From an uncultured Bacteroidota bacterium (GTDB lineage Bacteria > Bacteroidota > Bacteroidia > UKL13-3), in assembly GCA_903910445.1 (NCBI GenBank), contig CAIVZR010000006.1:2127-66126 (forward strand): 64,000 bases of DNA. Direction: 5' to 3'. Each line of letters opens with the position of its first letter. Position 1 is the stretch's first letter. The notes below the pieces were generated by a model, which ran no database searches, was not told where the DNA came from, and worked only from the letters and a program-made list of their open reading frames with translations. The position numbers were made by a program, and so were the translations under genes. Positions 9,301-17,187 of the stretch are shown one piece after another.

Positions 9301-11109
9301 CCTATATCTAATGCGATGGTAGTTGTTGGAATCAATGTCAATGGGTTCAGCGATTTGGCTGGAAATACCAACAATGCATTTTCCGATTCCACCTTGTTCT
9401 TCCTTGGCATAAAAACATTTACTTTCCTAGGTATCAGTGTGAAGGATACCATTACCCAAACTCTTGGAGGAGGAAGCATCACATGCTATGTTCCTTTTGG
9501 AACAGTGCTCGATTCCATAGCAGCAAGCTTCATTACCAACGACAGTGCCAATGCTTATATTGGAGCAACAGCACAGACAAGTACAATTTCTAAAAACAAT
9601 TTTAAAAACACCATCACCTATACTATAAAATCGGTGGATAATAGTTTAAATAAAACGTATACAGTAAATGTGGTTGTCAATAAAAACATGGAATGTAAAT
9701 TACTTACCTATGGAATACTTAGCCCATTGGTAAATGGCAATATTACACATACATCTGCGGGAGGAACGGTTGATATCGCCTTGCCATTTGGATCTACCTT
9801 ACTCAACCTAATATCCTTATTTACTGTAAGCGATAGTGCTAAAGCCTATATTGGAAGTACATTACAAAACAGTGGTACTTCAGTAAATAACTTTACTACC
9901 ACCGTAACGTATATCATTATCGCACAAGATACGAACTACAAAAAAACATATACTATCAATATTAGCTTTGGAAAAAGTAAGTCGTGCGATCTGCTCACCT
10001 TTGCATTTCAAAGCCCTGCTGTTACTGGCACAATAACTCCGAATGCTAATGGCGGAACCGTTTCACTTACGGTACCATTTGGAACTTCACTCAATAGCAT
10101 AAAAGCACTTTTCACGATTAGCGATAGTGCTAAAATTTATATTGGAACTGTTACTCAAGTTAGCGGGGTTACAAGTAATAATTTCAGCACCACACTCACC
10201 TATAAAATCATCGCTCAGGATACTAATTATTCAAAAACTTATTCAGTGAGTGTTATTGTGTCGGCGAATACAGAAGCTAATCTACTCACTTACGATATTG
10301 TTACCCCAGCTAGTACTGGCATCATTACTACCAATGCAACTGGTGGAATAGTAGATATCACTGTTCCATTTGCTACCAATGTGAATAGCCTTATTGGGCA
10401 ATTCACCCTAAGTAGTCAGGCTACTGCCATTATCAGTAATATTACACAACAGAGTGGTGTTACGGCAAACAATTTTTCAGATACCGTTCTATTAGTAGTT
10501 AAATCGCAAGATGGTTTGCATTCTAAATTTTATAAAATCAAGGTACATATCACCCTGAGTGCCTTATGCGATTTGTTGACTTATAAATTTAACACACCAA
10601 ATAGTATAGGCATAATTACTCCTTCCTTTAATGGAGGTAGTGTAGCGTTAACTGTGCCATTTAGTACCAACTTAACCAATTTGGTTGCCGGCTTTACCTT
10701 ATCAGATTCGGCAAGTGCCACAGTAAATTCCATTGTTCAGGTTCGTAATGGATCAACCAATGATTTTACTAATCCAGTAAATTATTTGATCAAAGCCCAA
10801 AATGCAATTAATACCAAAACATATGTGGTAACAGTTACAAGAGCCAATGGTATCAATACTTTAGAGCAACATGGCAATTGGGTAATATTTCCAAACCCGG
10901 CCCAAAATTTATTAAATTTAGAAAATCTTCAAAGCACTATAAATAATATCAATTATAATATCGTGGATGTAACTGGCCGAGTAGTTTTACTAGGATCTGT
11001 TAAAGAGAAGAAAGCTACAATTGATATTTCTGGGCTCTCTGTTGGTATTTATTCAATTCAAATATTCACTGAACAAGGTACAGCTAAAATTAGTTTTGTA
11101 AAGAATTAG
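6388..11109 (+). CDS. T9SS-secreted multidomain surface protein: N-terminal BNR/Asp-box beta-propeller, GEVED domain, six tandem ~96-aa Ig-like repeats and a type-A Por C-terminal sorting domain
   Basis: Signal peptide MKKFYLIIFLVIFVSSVFGQ, using the internal Met at 6388 of ORF 6355-11109. There are repeated SxDxGxTW Asp-box motifs. A ...CGTLNYGQSEDYAIWID segment is the GEVED signature. Six repeats of the form LLTY..SP...G.I....GG.V...VPFG..L... span 9.65-10.85 kb. The C-terminus NWVIFPNPAQNLLNLE...IDISGLSVGIYSIQIF... is the TIGR04183-type CTD. Confidence 0.8.
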   Translation: MKKFYLIIFLVIFVSSVFGQNYATFTQAGPVKFPANPSVQTTGMGRVSQLVYHPTDSNILFAVSASGGVFKTSNEGISWRPISDFLPQTSCASLVINPLKPDVMFLGTGDANYNGGGMGVWKTNDGGSSWNQTTTGLGNKLVSYILYTPNDTNTIIAACSDGIYKSTNAGSSWVKKTTVNGSYRALNYRPASNNIIYSATDTYFYRSYDNGETWIQSTLNASIACAGIKIAVCPSDTSRLYCIVWKNGATSPFGGVYKSTNNGANFTLQSDTPNILGYSGNGTSMDGQGSYNLGIIADPTNADIIYLAGINVWKSTNQGLAFTLSSSWGYGVHADKHGFIFSPYNSNKLYIHHDGGLDRTIDGGATWTTFEDGLSASEFYRMGSSPLYNDYVIGGLQDNGLDVGTDKKFSTVRGGDWGGDFVFDAFDSSLLYENGGLKRNIISHTTSGINGQGGIYGIQPRDSNTLFEITTQVFRTKNLRANPSSNVAWSQISSMTGNTGPRCISYSKASAGTLYVAFNSQSFYRSDNANDASPSFTKLTSFPYNSGEQIRQIETYDFDSNIVYVLTTSSRILRSNDKGGSWVSINRNLPANTIIKFLLNQKVTDSSMYACTAFAVYYRNRFISNWVNFSQGLPTVAQISDMEIVSDATIKGRLHISTYGRGIWQTDLYKSAITLPVADFSVQASSSQPCSNSIIVVDNSTCSPTSRKWQVSPATGWVYINGTDSFSSRAEIRFNTAGMYFISLTVFNNKGTDTKTVNYNYSTLATPPGCVTTTSNLGGYTIGVYRFEFNTINNGSGTGNTSYEDFSCSANTIVRAGATYTAWVTNGNAYNENAKIYIDYNGNGVFTDANELVGTITSGLGRRSCSVNILLNPPQLNKFLRMRVVSDYNTVNASCGTLNYGQSEDYAIWIDKTKPTVAINIPKPTVGNSFNAIFTTSEVVTGFDVSDISLSNATLSNFTQNDIYSYSARITPISNAMVVVGINVNGFSDLAGNTNNAFSDSTLFFLGIKTFTFLGISVKDTITQTLGGGSITCYVPFGTVLDSIAASFITNDSANAYIGATAQTSTISKNNFKNTITYTIKSVDNSLNKTYTVNVVVNKNMECKLLTYGILSPLVNGNITHTSAGGTVDIALPFGSTLLNLISLFTVSDSAKAYIGSTLQNSGTSVNNFTTTVTYIIIAQDTNYKKTYTINISFGKSKSCDLLTFAFQSPAVTGTITPNANGGTVSLTVPFGTSLNSIKALFTISDSAKIYIGTVTQVSGVTSNNFSTTLTYKIIAQDTNYSKTYSVSVIVSANTEANLLTYDIVTPASTGIITTNATGGIVDITVPFATNVNSLIGQFTLSSQATAIISNITQQSGVTANNFSDTVLLVVKSQDGLHSKFYKIKVHITLSALCDLLTYKFNTPNSIGIITPSFNGGSVALTVPFSTNLTNLVAGFTLSDSASATVNSIVQVRNGSTNDFTNPVNYLIKAQNAINTKTYVVTVTRANGINTLEQHGNWVIFPNPAQNLLNLENLQSTINNINYNIVDVTGRVVLLGSVKEKKATIDISGLSVGIYSIQIFTEQGTAKISFVKN

Positions 11110-12935
11110 TGAACCAAAGGAATCTCAACATTAATATGGGTGCCTCTACCTATTGCCGAATCGATATTCACTGTTCCATTAAGATAATCTACCCGAGTCT
11201 TAATATTTTTTAATCCGATGCCTTCAAATTGATCTCTTAAATTGGCATCAAATCCTTTACCATTATCTTCAATGGTTGCCGATATTTCGTTGGCATCACC
11301 GATAAGTTGAATATCTAATATACTGGCTTCGCTATGCTTAATTACATTGTTCACACATTCCTGAATCACGCGATATAACACAATTTCAATGGTCTCATCG
11401 AGTCGTTCGCTTAAGCCATGAATATGCAAATTCACTTTTAACTTCGGTGTATTAATTTTATTTACAAACTCGCGAACAGCCGATACTAAGCCACTTTTAA
11501 GCAATACGTTGGGCATCATTTGATGTGAAATGGTGCGTACTTCTTTGCAGCATTCGTCTATAATATCCTGAGTACGATTAAAAAATACTGATTGATCCTG
11601 GCGTTGAAATTGAAGCTCCTCACTCAGTGCACTCATATTCATTTTTGCAGCACTCAGCATCTGTCCTATGCCATCGTGCAAGTCGCCCGCAATTCGTTTA
11701 CGCTCACGTTCCTCCGCATCAATCACCGACTTAGCAGTTTGTTCTTTCTGCATCGCTTTGGTAGCAAAAATTTCTGCTTCCTTTTTCAATTTATAGCGGT
11801 TATATAATAAGAAGCCTAGTAATGAAATAATCACAACCAGCCCGAATCCTAGTATGATGAAAAAATTCTTTCGACGTAACTCCAAATCTTTCAATGCATT
11901 TTCCTTATTCGCCAATGCCAGTTTTTGTTCCTTCTTATCTGTTTCAAATTTGGCTTTCAATTCTTCCATCTGATTAAGCCTTCCGTTATTATATAAGGAA
12001 TCCTTAATTTCTTGATATAAGTTATAATATTCTAAAGCGTCTTTATAGTTTCCTGTTTGCTGATAAATATTAGCTACCTGCTCGTAATTGTATTGTAAAA
12101 TATCCTGAAAATGAATTTGTCGTGCAATATCAATACTATGTTTGAATGACGATACGGCTTTCGAATAATCGCCTTTCAATGAATAGCATTCTCCAAGAGA
12201 TGTATAGCTCTGACAAATAGTGAATTTATCGTCGAGCTTGAGTCTGATTTCTAGCGATTTATTCAATACTTCCAATGACTTCTCATATTCCTTCTGCATA
12301 GAATAAATTCCTCCAATATTGCAAAGTGAGTAGGAAATTCCTAATTCGGCATTGGGCAACGCTTCATACAATTCTTTTGAACGGGTATACCAAATTAAGG
12401 CACTATCTAAGTTATTTATTGTTTCGTAAATGATACCCATATTATTATAGGCATTGGCTACACCTCCCAAATCGCTATTGCTATTGAATAAATCAATGGC
12501 GTCATTCAAGTATTTTTTGGAGAGATCGAGGTCGTTGTTCTTTCTAAGTAGGACACTGAGTTCAAGGTAAACATTAGCAGCCCCACTCTTATTATTTTGC
12601 GCTTCGAAAATCTTCACCGCATTGAGATAGTTTTTAAGTGCGATTTCATGATTTCCATTGATATAATAAGTAACTCCTATTTGTTTATAAAACGCCGCCG
12701 CTTTGAGTGGAAGATTATGATCAAGGGCTATTTTAAGTCCTTCAGATCCATAGTAGATGCTCTTCTCGAAATCGAAGGAACTATAATATTCGCTTAGCTT
12801 CTGGCAAACATTCGCATGGGTGGTATCGGGTAACTTTGTTTCTAATAAGGTCTGCAATGAATCGGGCAGGGAGGTTGCCTTTGCATTCATTACAAAAATG
12901 ACACTTAAGAAAAATATTAGATGGTGGCGTTTCAT
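11106..12935 (-). CDS. TPR-repeat sensor histidine kinase (HisKA_3/NarL-type H-box plus HATPase_c)
   Basis: Signal peptide, multiple TPR repeats, one TM segment and a coiled coil. It has an H-box DLHDGIGQ and a C-terminal ATPase (DNGKGF). No response regulator is adjacent. Confidence 0.8.
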   Translation of the reverse strand: MKRHHLIFFLSVIFVMNAKATSLPDSLQTLLETKLPDTTHANVCQKLSEYYSSFDFEKSIYYGSEGLKIALDHNLPLKAAAFYKQIGVTYYINGNHEIALKNYLNAVKIFEAQNNKSGAANVYLELSVLLRKNNDLDLSKKYLNDAIDLFNSNSDLGGVANAYNNMGIIYETINNLDSALIWYTRSKELYEALPNAELGISYSLCNIGGIYSMQKEYEKSLEVLNKSLEIRLKLDDKFTICQSYTSLGECYSLKGDYSKAVSSFKHSIDIARQIHFQDILQYNYEQVANIYQQTGNYKDALEYYNLYQEIKDSLYNNGRLNQMEELKAKFETDKKEQKLALANKENALKDLELRRKNFFIILGFGLVVIISLLGFLLYNRYKLKKEAEIFATKAMQKEQTAKSVIDAEERERKRIAGDLHDGIGQMLSAAKMNMSALSEELQFQRQDQSVFFNRTQDIIDECCKEVRTISHQMMPNVLLKSGLVSAVREFVNKINTPKLKVNLHIHGLSERLDETIEIVLYRVIQECVNNVIKHSEASILDIQLIGDANEISATIEDNGKGFDANLRDQFEGIGLKNIKTRVDYLNGTVNIDSAIGRGTHINVEIPLVH

Positions 12936-13010
12936 TAGAACACAAAGGAATGTAAAACTATCAGGATTAAAAATACCTTTAATGGGGTATTGAAGTAAAA
13001 AACAATCGCA

Positions 13011-13493
13011 TTAAACTATGGGTTTGAATTGTTCGAATCCTTGTTGGCAATTTTTACAATAATGAATAGAACGGCACAAAGTGGCTCCAAACGGGCTTTC
13101 AAAGGTAGTGTTGCGGCTTCCACAAAACGGGCAGGCAATATCGCTCAAAACTTCCAGTTCAATATATCCAGCATGCTTGGGTGGAGGCGCCAATCCGTGT
13201 TTTAACAAAGCTTCCCTGCCTCGTTCACTAATCATATTAGAATTCCAGGGGGTATCGAAATTTGTTTTAACACTCACATTTTCCACAGGCATTTTTTCAA
13301 TGCGTTCACGTACTTGGGATTCCAAAATTTTCAATGCCGGACAACCACTAAAGGTAGGTGTCATAATAATTTCAACGCTATCAGGAGTTATACTAATCTT
13401 GGTGATGATACCCAAATCGACCACGGAGATGGTAGGAATCTCAGGGTCTTTCACCTCATGCAAGGCATCGATAATTTCTTCTTGAGTAATCAT
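13011..13493 (-). CDS. PaaD/PaaJ-like protein: DUF59 (MIP18, Fe-S assembly) domain plus C-terminal Cys4 zinc ribbon
   Basis: The N-terminus LHEVKDPEIPTISVVDLGII is DUF59. The C-terminus CPFCGSRNTTFESPFGATLCRSIHYCKNCQQGFEQFK resembles the PaaD tail. No other paa genes are nearby. Confidence 0.65.
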   Translation of the reverse strand: MITQEEIIDALHEVKDPEIPTISVVDLGIITKISITPDSVEIIMTPTFSGCPALKILESQVRERIEKMPVENVSVKTNFDTPWNSNMISERGREALLKHGLAPPPKHAGYIELEVLSDIACPFCGSRNTTFESPFGATLCRSIHYCKNCQQGFEQFKPIV

Positions 13494-13507
13494 TGAGGAG
13501 GGCTTTA

Positions 13508-14320
13508 TTATTTGGTTTGCCAGATGTTTTTTAATTCTAAATTGATAGCGCTACCAAAAAAAACAGAAGTCGTTTTTTCAAAAGAGTCGGTATAATCGCT
13601 CACATAATATTTATCGGGAGCCATCCTTTTTTCAGAGAGTAATCCTTCTTTTTCGAGGATCGCTTTTACCTTGTTGGCTACAATGGTTGTGGAATCAATT
13701 ACTTTTATTCTTTGTTTATAAAATGCTTTTATCTCTTCCTTGATTAATGGGTAGTGTGTACACCCTAAAATGAGTGCATCGATATTTTTCAACTCCGGTT
13801 GTGCCAAGTAGCTATAAATTATTTCATGACTGATTTTGTCATTATAAAATCCTTCTTCAATCATGGGTGCCAATAGCGGTGTAGCGAGTGCTGAATATTC
13901 AAGAGAGGCTTTCCTGCGAGTAAGTTTTTCTTGATATATTCCTGAAGCAATGGTGGTTTTGGTGGCAATGATTCCAACGCGTTTAATCTGATCGTCAGCA
14001 ATTACCTCCTCGATAATAGGATCGATTACATTGATTACTGGTATGATGTTTTTGAATGCATCTCTCAGGTATTCGTATGCAGCAGCCGATGCAGTATTGC
14101 AAGCAATGACAATGCATTTACAGTGCTCGTTTTTTAGCAGGTAATTGGTAATCTGCTCGGCATAAAATCGAATTGAATCCTTCGACTTGTCCCCGTAAGG
14201 CATATGGGCGGTATCACCGAAATAAATCAATGTCTCGTTGGGCATGGCCTCCGATATGGCATGAGCCACGGTAAGTCCGCCAATGCCCGAATCAAAAATA
14301 CCAATGGGTTGGGAATTCAT
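13508..14320 (-). CDS. murI: Glutamate racemase
   Basis: IGIFDSGIGGLTV, VIACNTASA and LGCTHYPL motifs are present. The protein is 270 aa. Confidence 0.9.
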   Translation of the reverse strand: MNSQPIGIFDSGIGGLTVAHAISEAMPNETLIYFGDTAHMPYGDKSKDSIRFYAEQITNYLLKNEHCKCIVIACNTASAAAYEYLRDAFKNIIPVINVIDPIIEEVIADDQIKRVGIIATKTTIASGIYQEKLTRRKASLEYSALATPLLAPMIEEGFYNDKISHEIIYSYLAQPELKNIDALILGCTHYPLIKEEIKAFYKQRIKVIDSTTIVANKVKAILEKEGLLSEKRMAPDKYYVSDYTDSFEKTTSVFFGSAINLELKNIWQTK

Positions 14321-14393
14321 TAACGAAACAAAAGTACAATATTAACGTCTTGAATAAAAATTCATTATCGCTCAAAAAGCATTAGGGTATTTG

Positions 14394-16919
14394 TTATTGC
14401 ACCCAAATTTTCATCACAATATCTTGAATCTGTAACAGATAAATTCCTGGATTTAAATTAGAAATATCAAGCGTCGTTTTTTCACTCGTAATTTTACCTT
14501 GACTAACACATTGCCCTATGGTATTATAAAAGGCAAAATCGCATGACTGCTCTGATGCAATTTCTATATTCAATAATTTAGAAGTCGGATTTGGAAAAAC
14601 TTTGATTCCAGCGTGATTGACAATATTGTTTTGTATCCCATTGCTGGTGCTCGTTTTAGCGCCCAACTTAATTCCATTCCCGAAACTTGTCACCCAAACT
14701 TCCGTTGCTTTAAATGGATTATAATAAACTCTTTCAGGTTGTCTGAATGGGTAGGAATCGACAAGCGTGAATACCGGACTGGCTAATGAAATATCTTGAG
14801 TAACCCATAAACCCTGGGTTTCGGTAGTTATGTAAGCGCGCTTCAAATTCCCGGGTTCAAACGTAATAGAAGTAACCCGATCAAATAATGCACCTGAAAT
14901 TTTTGTCCAACTCGTTCCCCTATTGGTGGTTCTATACAATCCGCCTTTATTATTAGCATTGCCTCCCCACCCACTGAAAACGCAAGCATACCAAGTATTT
15001 TGAGTTGCATCGGAAGGATCCACTACCACATCTTTGGTCCAGTATTGCATATTAGCATCACTCTTATCAACCCATGGTGCAGACGATGAGATGGGGTCGA
15101 ATAAAAACACCCCGCTGCTTGCAGTGAAAGGGGTGGTATTGGATGCCCATCTTCCGCTATAACTGCAAAGCACCTTACCGTCATTCAATACGGTGATGCT
15201 TGCAGGATGACCTTCGGTACGCGTGGGTGTTTGTAATTTGGTCCAGGTGCTTGAAGGTCCTAAGTTCAAATCGGTTGTCATCCAAATTCCACCTTGAGAG
15301 GAAGCACCTCCGCCTCCATAATGAATAACACTAGCATACATCGTATTGGGATGGTTTGGATCAACGACAATCCAATAAACTGGGTGACCAAATGAATGTA
15401 AGGAAGTCCATGTATCACCCTTATCGGTGCTAAACCAAATTTTACCATTGGCATCCGCAGCATCAAGCAATGCATCTTTCAAGCGAGTGCTTTGATACAT
15501 ATCATGAATATTGGAAGTTGCTACATATAAATTATTTCCACTCTTGGCAAATCGATAAGCACTATTCACACTGAATCCTGCATACTGATATCCCCAGGTG
15601 AGGCCCCCATCTTTGCTTCTAATAGCACCAATATCACTATAGGCACCGAATACATTCATGCTATCCACCCAAAACATTTGCCATGCTGTGGTATTCTCTA
15701 ATCCAATACTGTGATATGCCTTTTTTGTAGGCGTGGTAGCATTGGGTGCGTTTTCATCAGAACTTTTTACGTAGGCCTGTTTCCAATTGGCACCACCATC
15801 ACTACTCACATGCACAAAACTAAAATCAGGAAAAATAACTTTTGAAGAATTGTTTGGTGCCACTGTAATTCCAAAACATGTCTCACCCCAACTCCAGGCT
15901 TTATCGCCACCAATACCACTCCAGCCCGTGGTGATGTTTTGATTGTTAGTCGTCTTAAATACCTTTGCCCAAGTTGTTCCACCATCGCCCGATTTATAAA
16001 TTAACGGACCACTGGTTGCATTGTCTTTCCCACCAAGATAAATAGTACTAATATCGTTATCGGCCATTCCTACATACATCACAAAATCGTTTAGGAAATT
16101 AATACCTGTGCTTTTCGAAATCCAGGTGCCGCTATTATTATCCATGAAATAAACTCCCTTGGCATGATTATAATAATCGTAGGGCATGATTCCGTTATAG
16201 GTGGAAGTGCCAGTAGAGGCAATGACCACATAACGAGTATTGGCGCCATTTTTTGCTCCTTTAAAACTCCATATAACCTGCCCTGTGGTTATTCCAGTAG
16301 TAGTCATCAAACTAAAACTCATACCCCCATTGCTTGATACAAATAGTCCTTCATTTGTTCCAATAGCAATATTATTTCCATCAAAGAATGCACCGCCTAT
16401 AATAAGTCCGGCGCCACTATTGATGGTGTGTCGCACCAAGGTAAAAGACGTGCCCCCATTATTTGAAATAAATATATCGCCATAGTATCCAATAATTAGT
16501 TGATTGGGGTTATTGTAATTGGCTATTAGTTTAAACACTTGCCCATTGCTACTATTATGACCAAGCAATATATTCCATGTTTTGCCACCATCGATAGTTT
16601 TCACCGGATAGCCACTATTGCCATCATTAAAATTGCTGTAGGCAATGAGTGAATTATTGGTAAATTCATATGTAGAAGTATTGAATACCTGTAATTTCTT
16701 ATGATGAATTTGTGTGTACGATTTGCCAAAATCGTTGGTATGAAAAAGCTCACTCATATCGCAGCTTACATAAAACTCATTGTCGTTGGCAGGGTTAATG
16801 GTAGGGAAAAACAAGGCACCACCACCTCCAATTCCACGAGGTAAAAAAGTATCAACAGGAGCTTGTGATGAGGCATTGAGAGCGCCAAGAATTAAAACGA
16901 GGAATAAAATATGTCGCAT
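14394..16919 (-). CDS. T9SS-secreted BNR/Asp-box repeat beta-propeller protein (sortilin/VPS10/GH74-like) with type-A C-terminal sorting domain
   Basis: Probable start at the internal Met (MRHILFLVLILGALNASSQA signal peptide; the ORF track extends to 17021). There are eight or more S/T-x-D-x-G-x-T/S-W/F Asp boxes. The C-terminus KVFPNPTSKLLNIEI...LDISNLNPGIYLLQI is a CTD. Confidence 0.8.
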   Translation of the reverse strand: MRHILFLVLILGALNASSQAPVDTFLPRGIGGGGALFFPTINPANDNEFYVSCDMSELFHTNDFGKSYTQIHHKKLQVFNTSTYEFTNNSLIAYSNFNDGNSGYPVKTIDGGKTWNILLGHNSSNGQVFKLIANYNNPNQLIIGYYGDIFISNNGGTSFTLVRHTINSGAGLIIGGAFFDGNNIAIGTNEGLFVSSNGGMSFSLMTTTGITTGQVIWSFKGAKNGANTRYVVIASTGTSTYNGIMPYDYYNHAKGVYFMDNNSGTWISKSTGINFLNDFVMYVGMADNDISTIYLGGKDNATSGPLIYKSGDGGTTWAKVFKTTNNQNITTGWSGIGGDKAWSWGETCFGITVAPNNSSKVIFPDFSFVHVSSDGGANWKQAYVKSSDENAPNATTPTKKAYHSIGLENTTAWQMFWVDSMNVFGAYSDIGAIRSKDGGLTWGYQYAGFSVNSAYRFAKSGNNLYVATSNIHDMYQSTRLKDALLDAADANGKIWFSTDKGDTWTSLHSFGHPVYWIVVDPNHPNTMYASVIHYGGGGASSQGGIWMTTDLNLGPSSTWTKLQTPTRTEGHPASITVLNDGKVLCSYSGRWASNTTPFTASSGVFLFDPISSSAPWVDKSDANMQYWTKDVVVDPSDATQNTWYACVFSGWGGNANNKGGLYRTTNRGTSWTKISGALFDRVTSITFEPGNLKRAYITTETQGLWVTQDISLASPVFTLVDSYPFRQPERVYYNPFKATEVWVTSFGNGIKLGAKTSTSNGIQNNIVNHAGIKVFPNPTSKLLNIEIASEQSCDFAFYNTIGQCVSQGKITSEKTTLDISNLNPGIYLLQIQDIVMKIWVQ

Positions 16920-17158
16920 ACGATTTAAGATTAGCAATACAAATATAGTAATCCCTATCACTGAATCATGCGCCACAATAAGGAAATTCGAAAAGGTTGA
17001 GTAAATGGCCATGCATCTCAAAATTTAAATTGTCATTTTTTTATAGAAAAAGAGGGGGGGAATAGTGTCAGTATAAAGTATAATCTTATTTTTGACCTTA
17101 CAGTTCAATTTAAAAAATTCACACTGCCCGAAAGCTAATGTGATAAACCAATTTATAG

Positions 17159-17178
17159 TTCGTGAAATGGTTCACGAA
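17159..17178. promoter_or_regulatory. Perfect 8-bp inverted repeat (ttcgtgaa-atgg-ttcacgaa) immediately upstream of the SprB-like gene start
   Basis: Seen directly. It ends 10 nt before the ATG at 17188. Confidence 0.3.
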
Positions 17179-17187
17179 ATAAGAATC

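Noticed and set aside
13081-13496. 134-aa and 60-aa + strand ORFs opposite the PaaD-like gene
   Set aside because: The minus-strand ORF has clear DUF59 and zinc-ribbon motifs. The + strand ORFs are shadows.
17092-17187. ORF-track N-terminal extension of the adhesin (MTLQFNLKNSHCPKANV...)
   Set aside because: The extension lacks a signal peptide and includes the palindrome and promoter-like AT-rich sequence. The internal Met at 17188 gives a textbook signal peptide.
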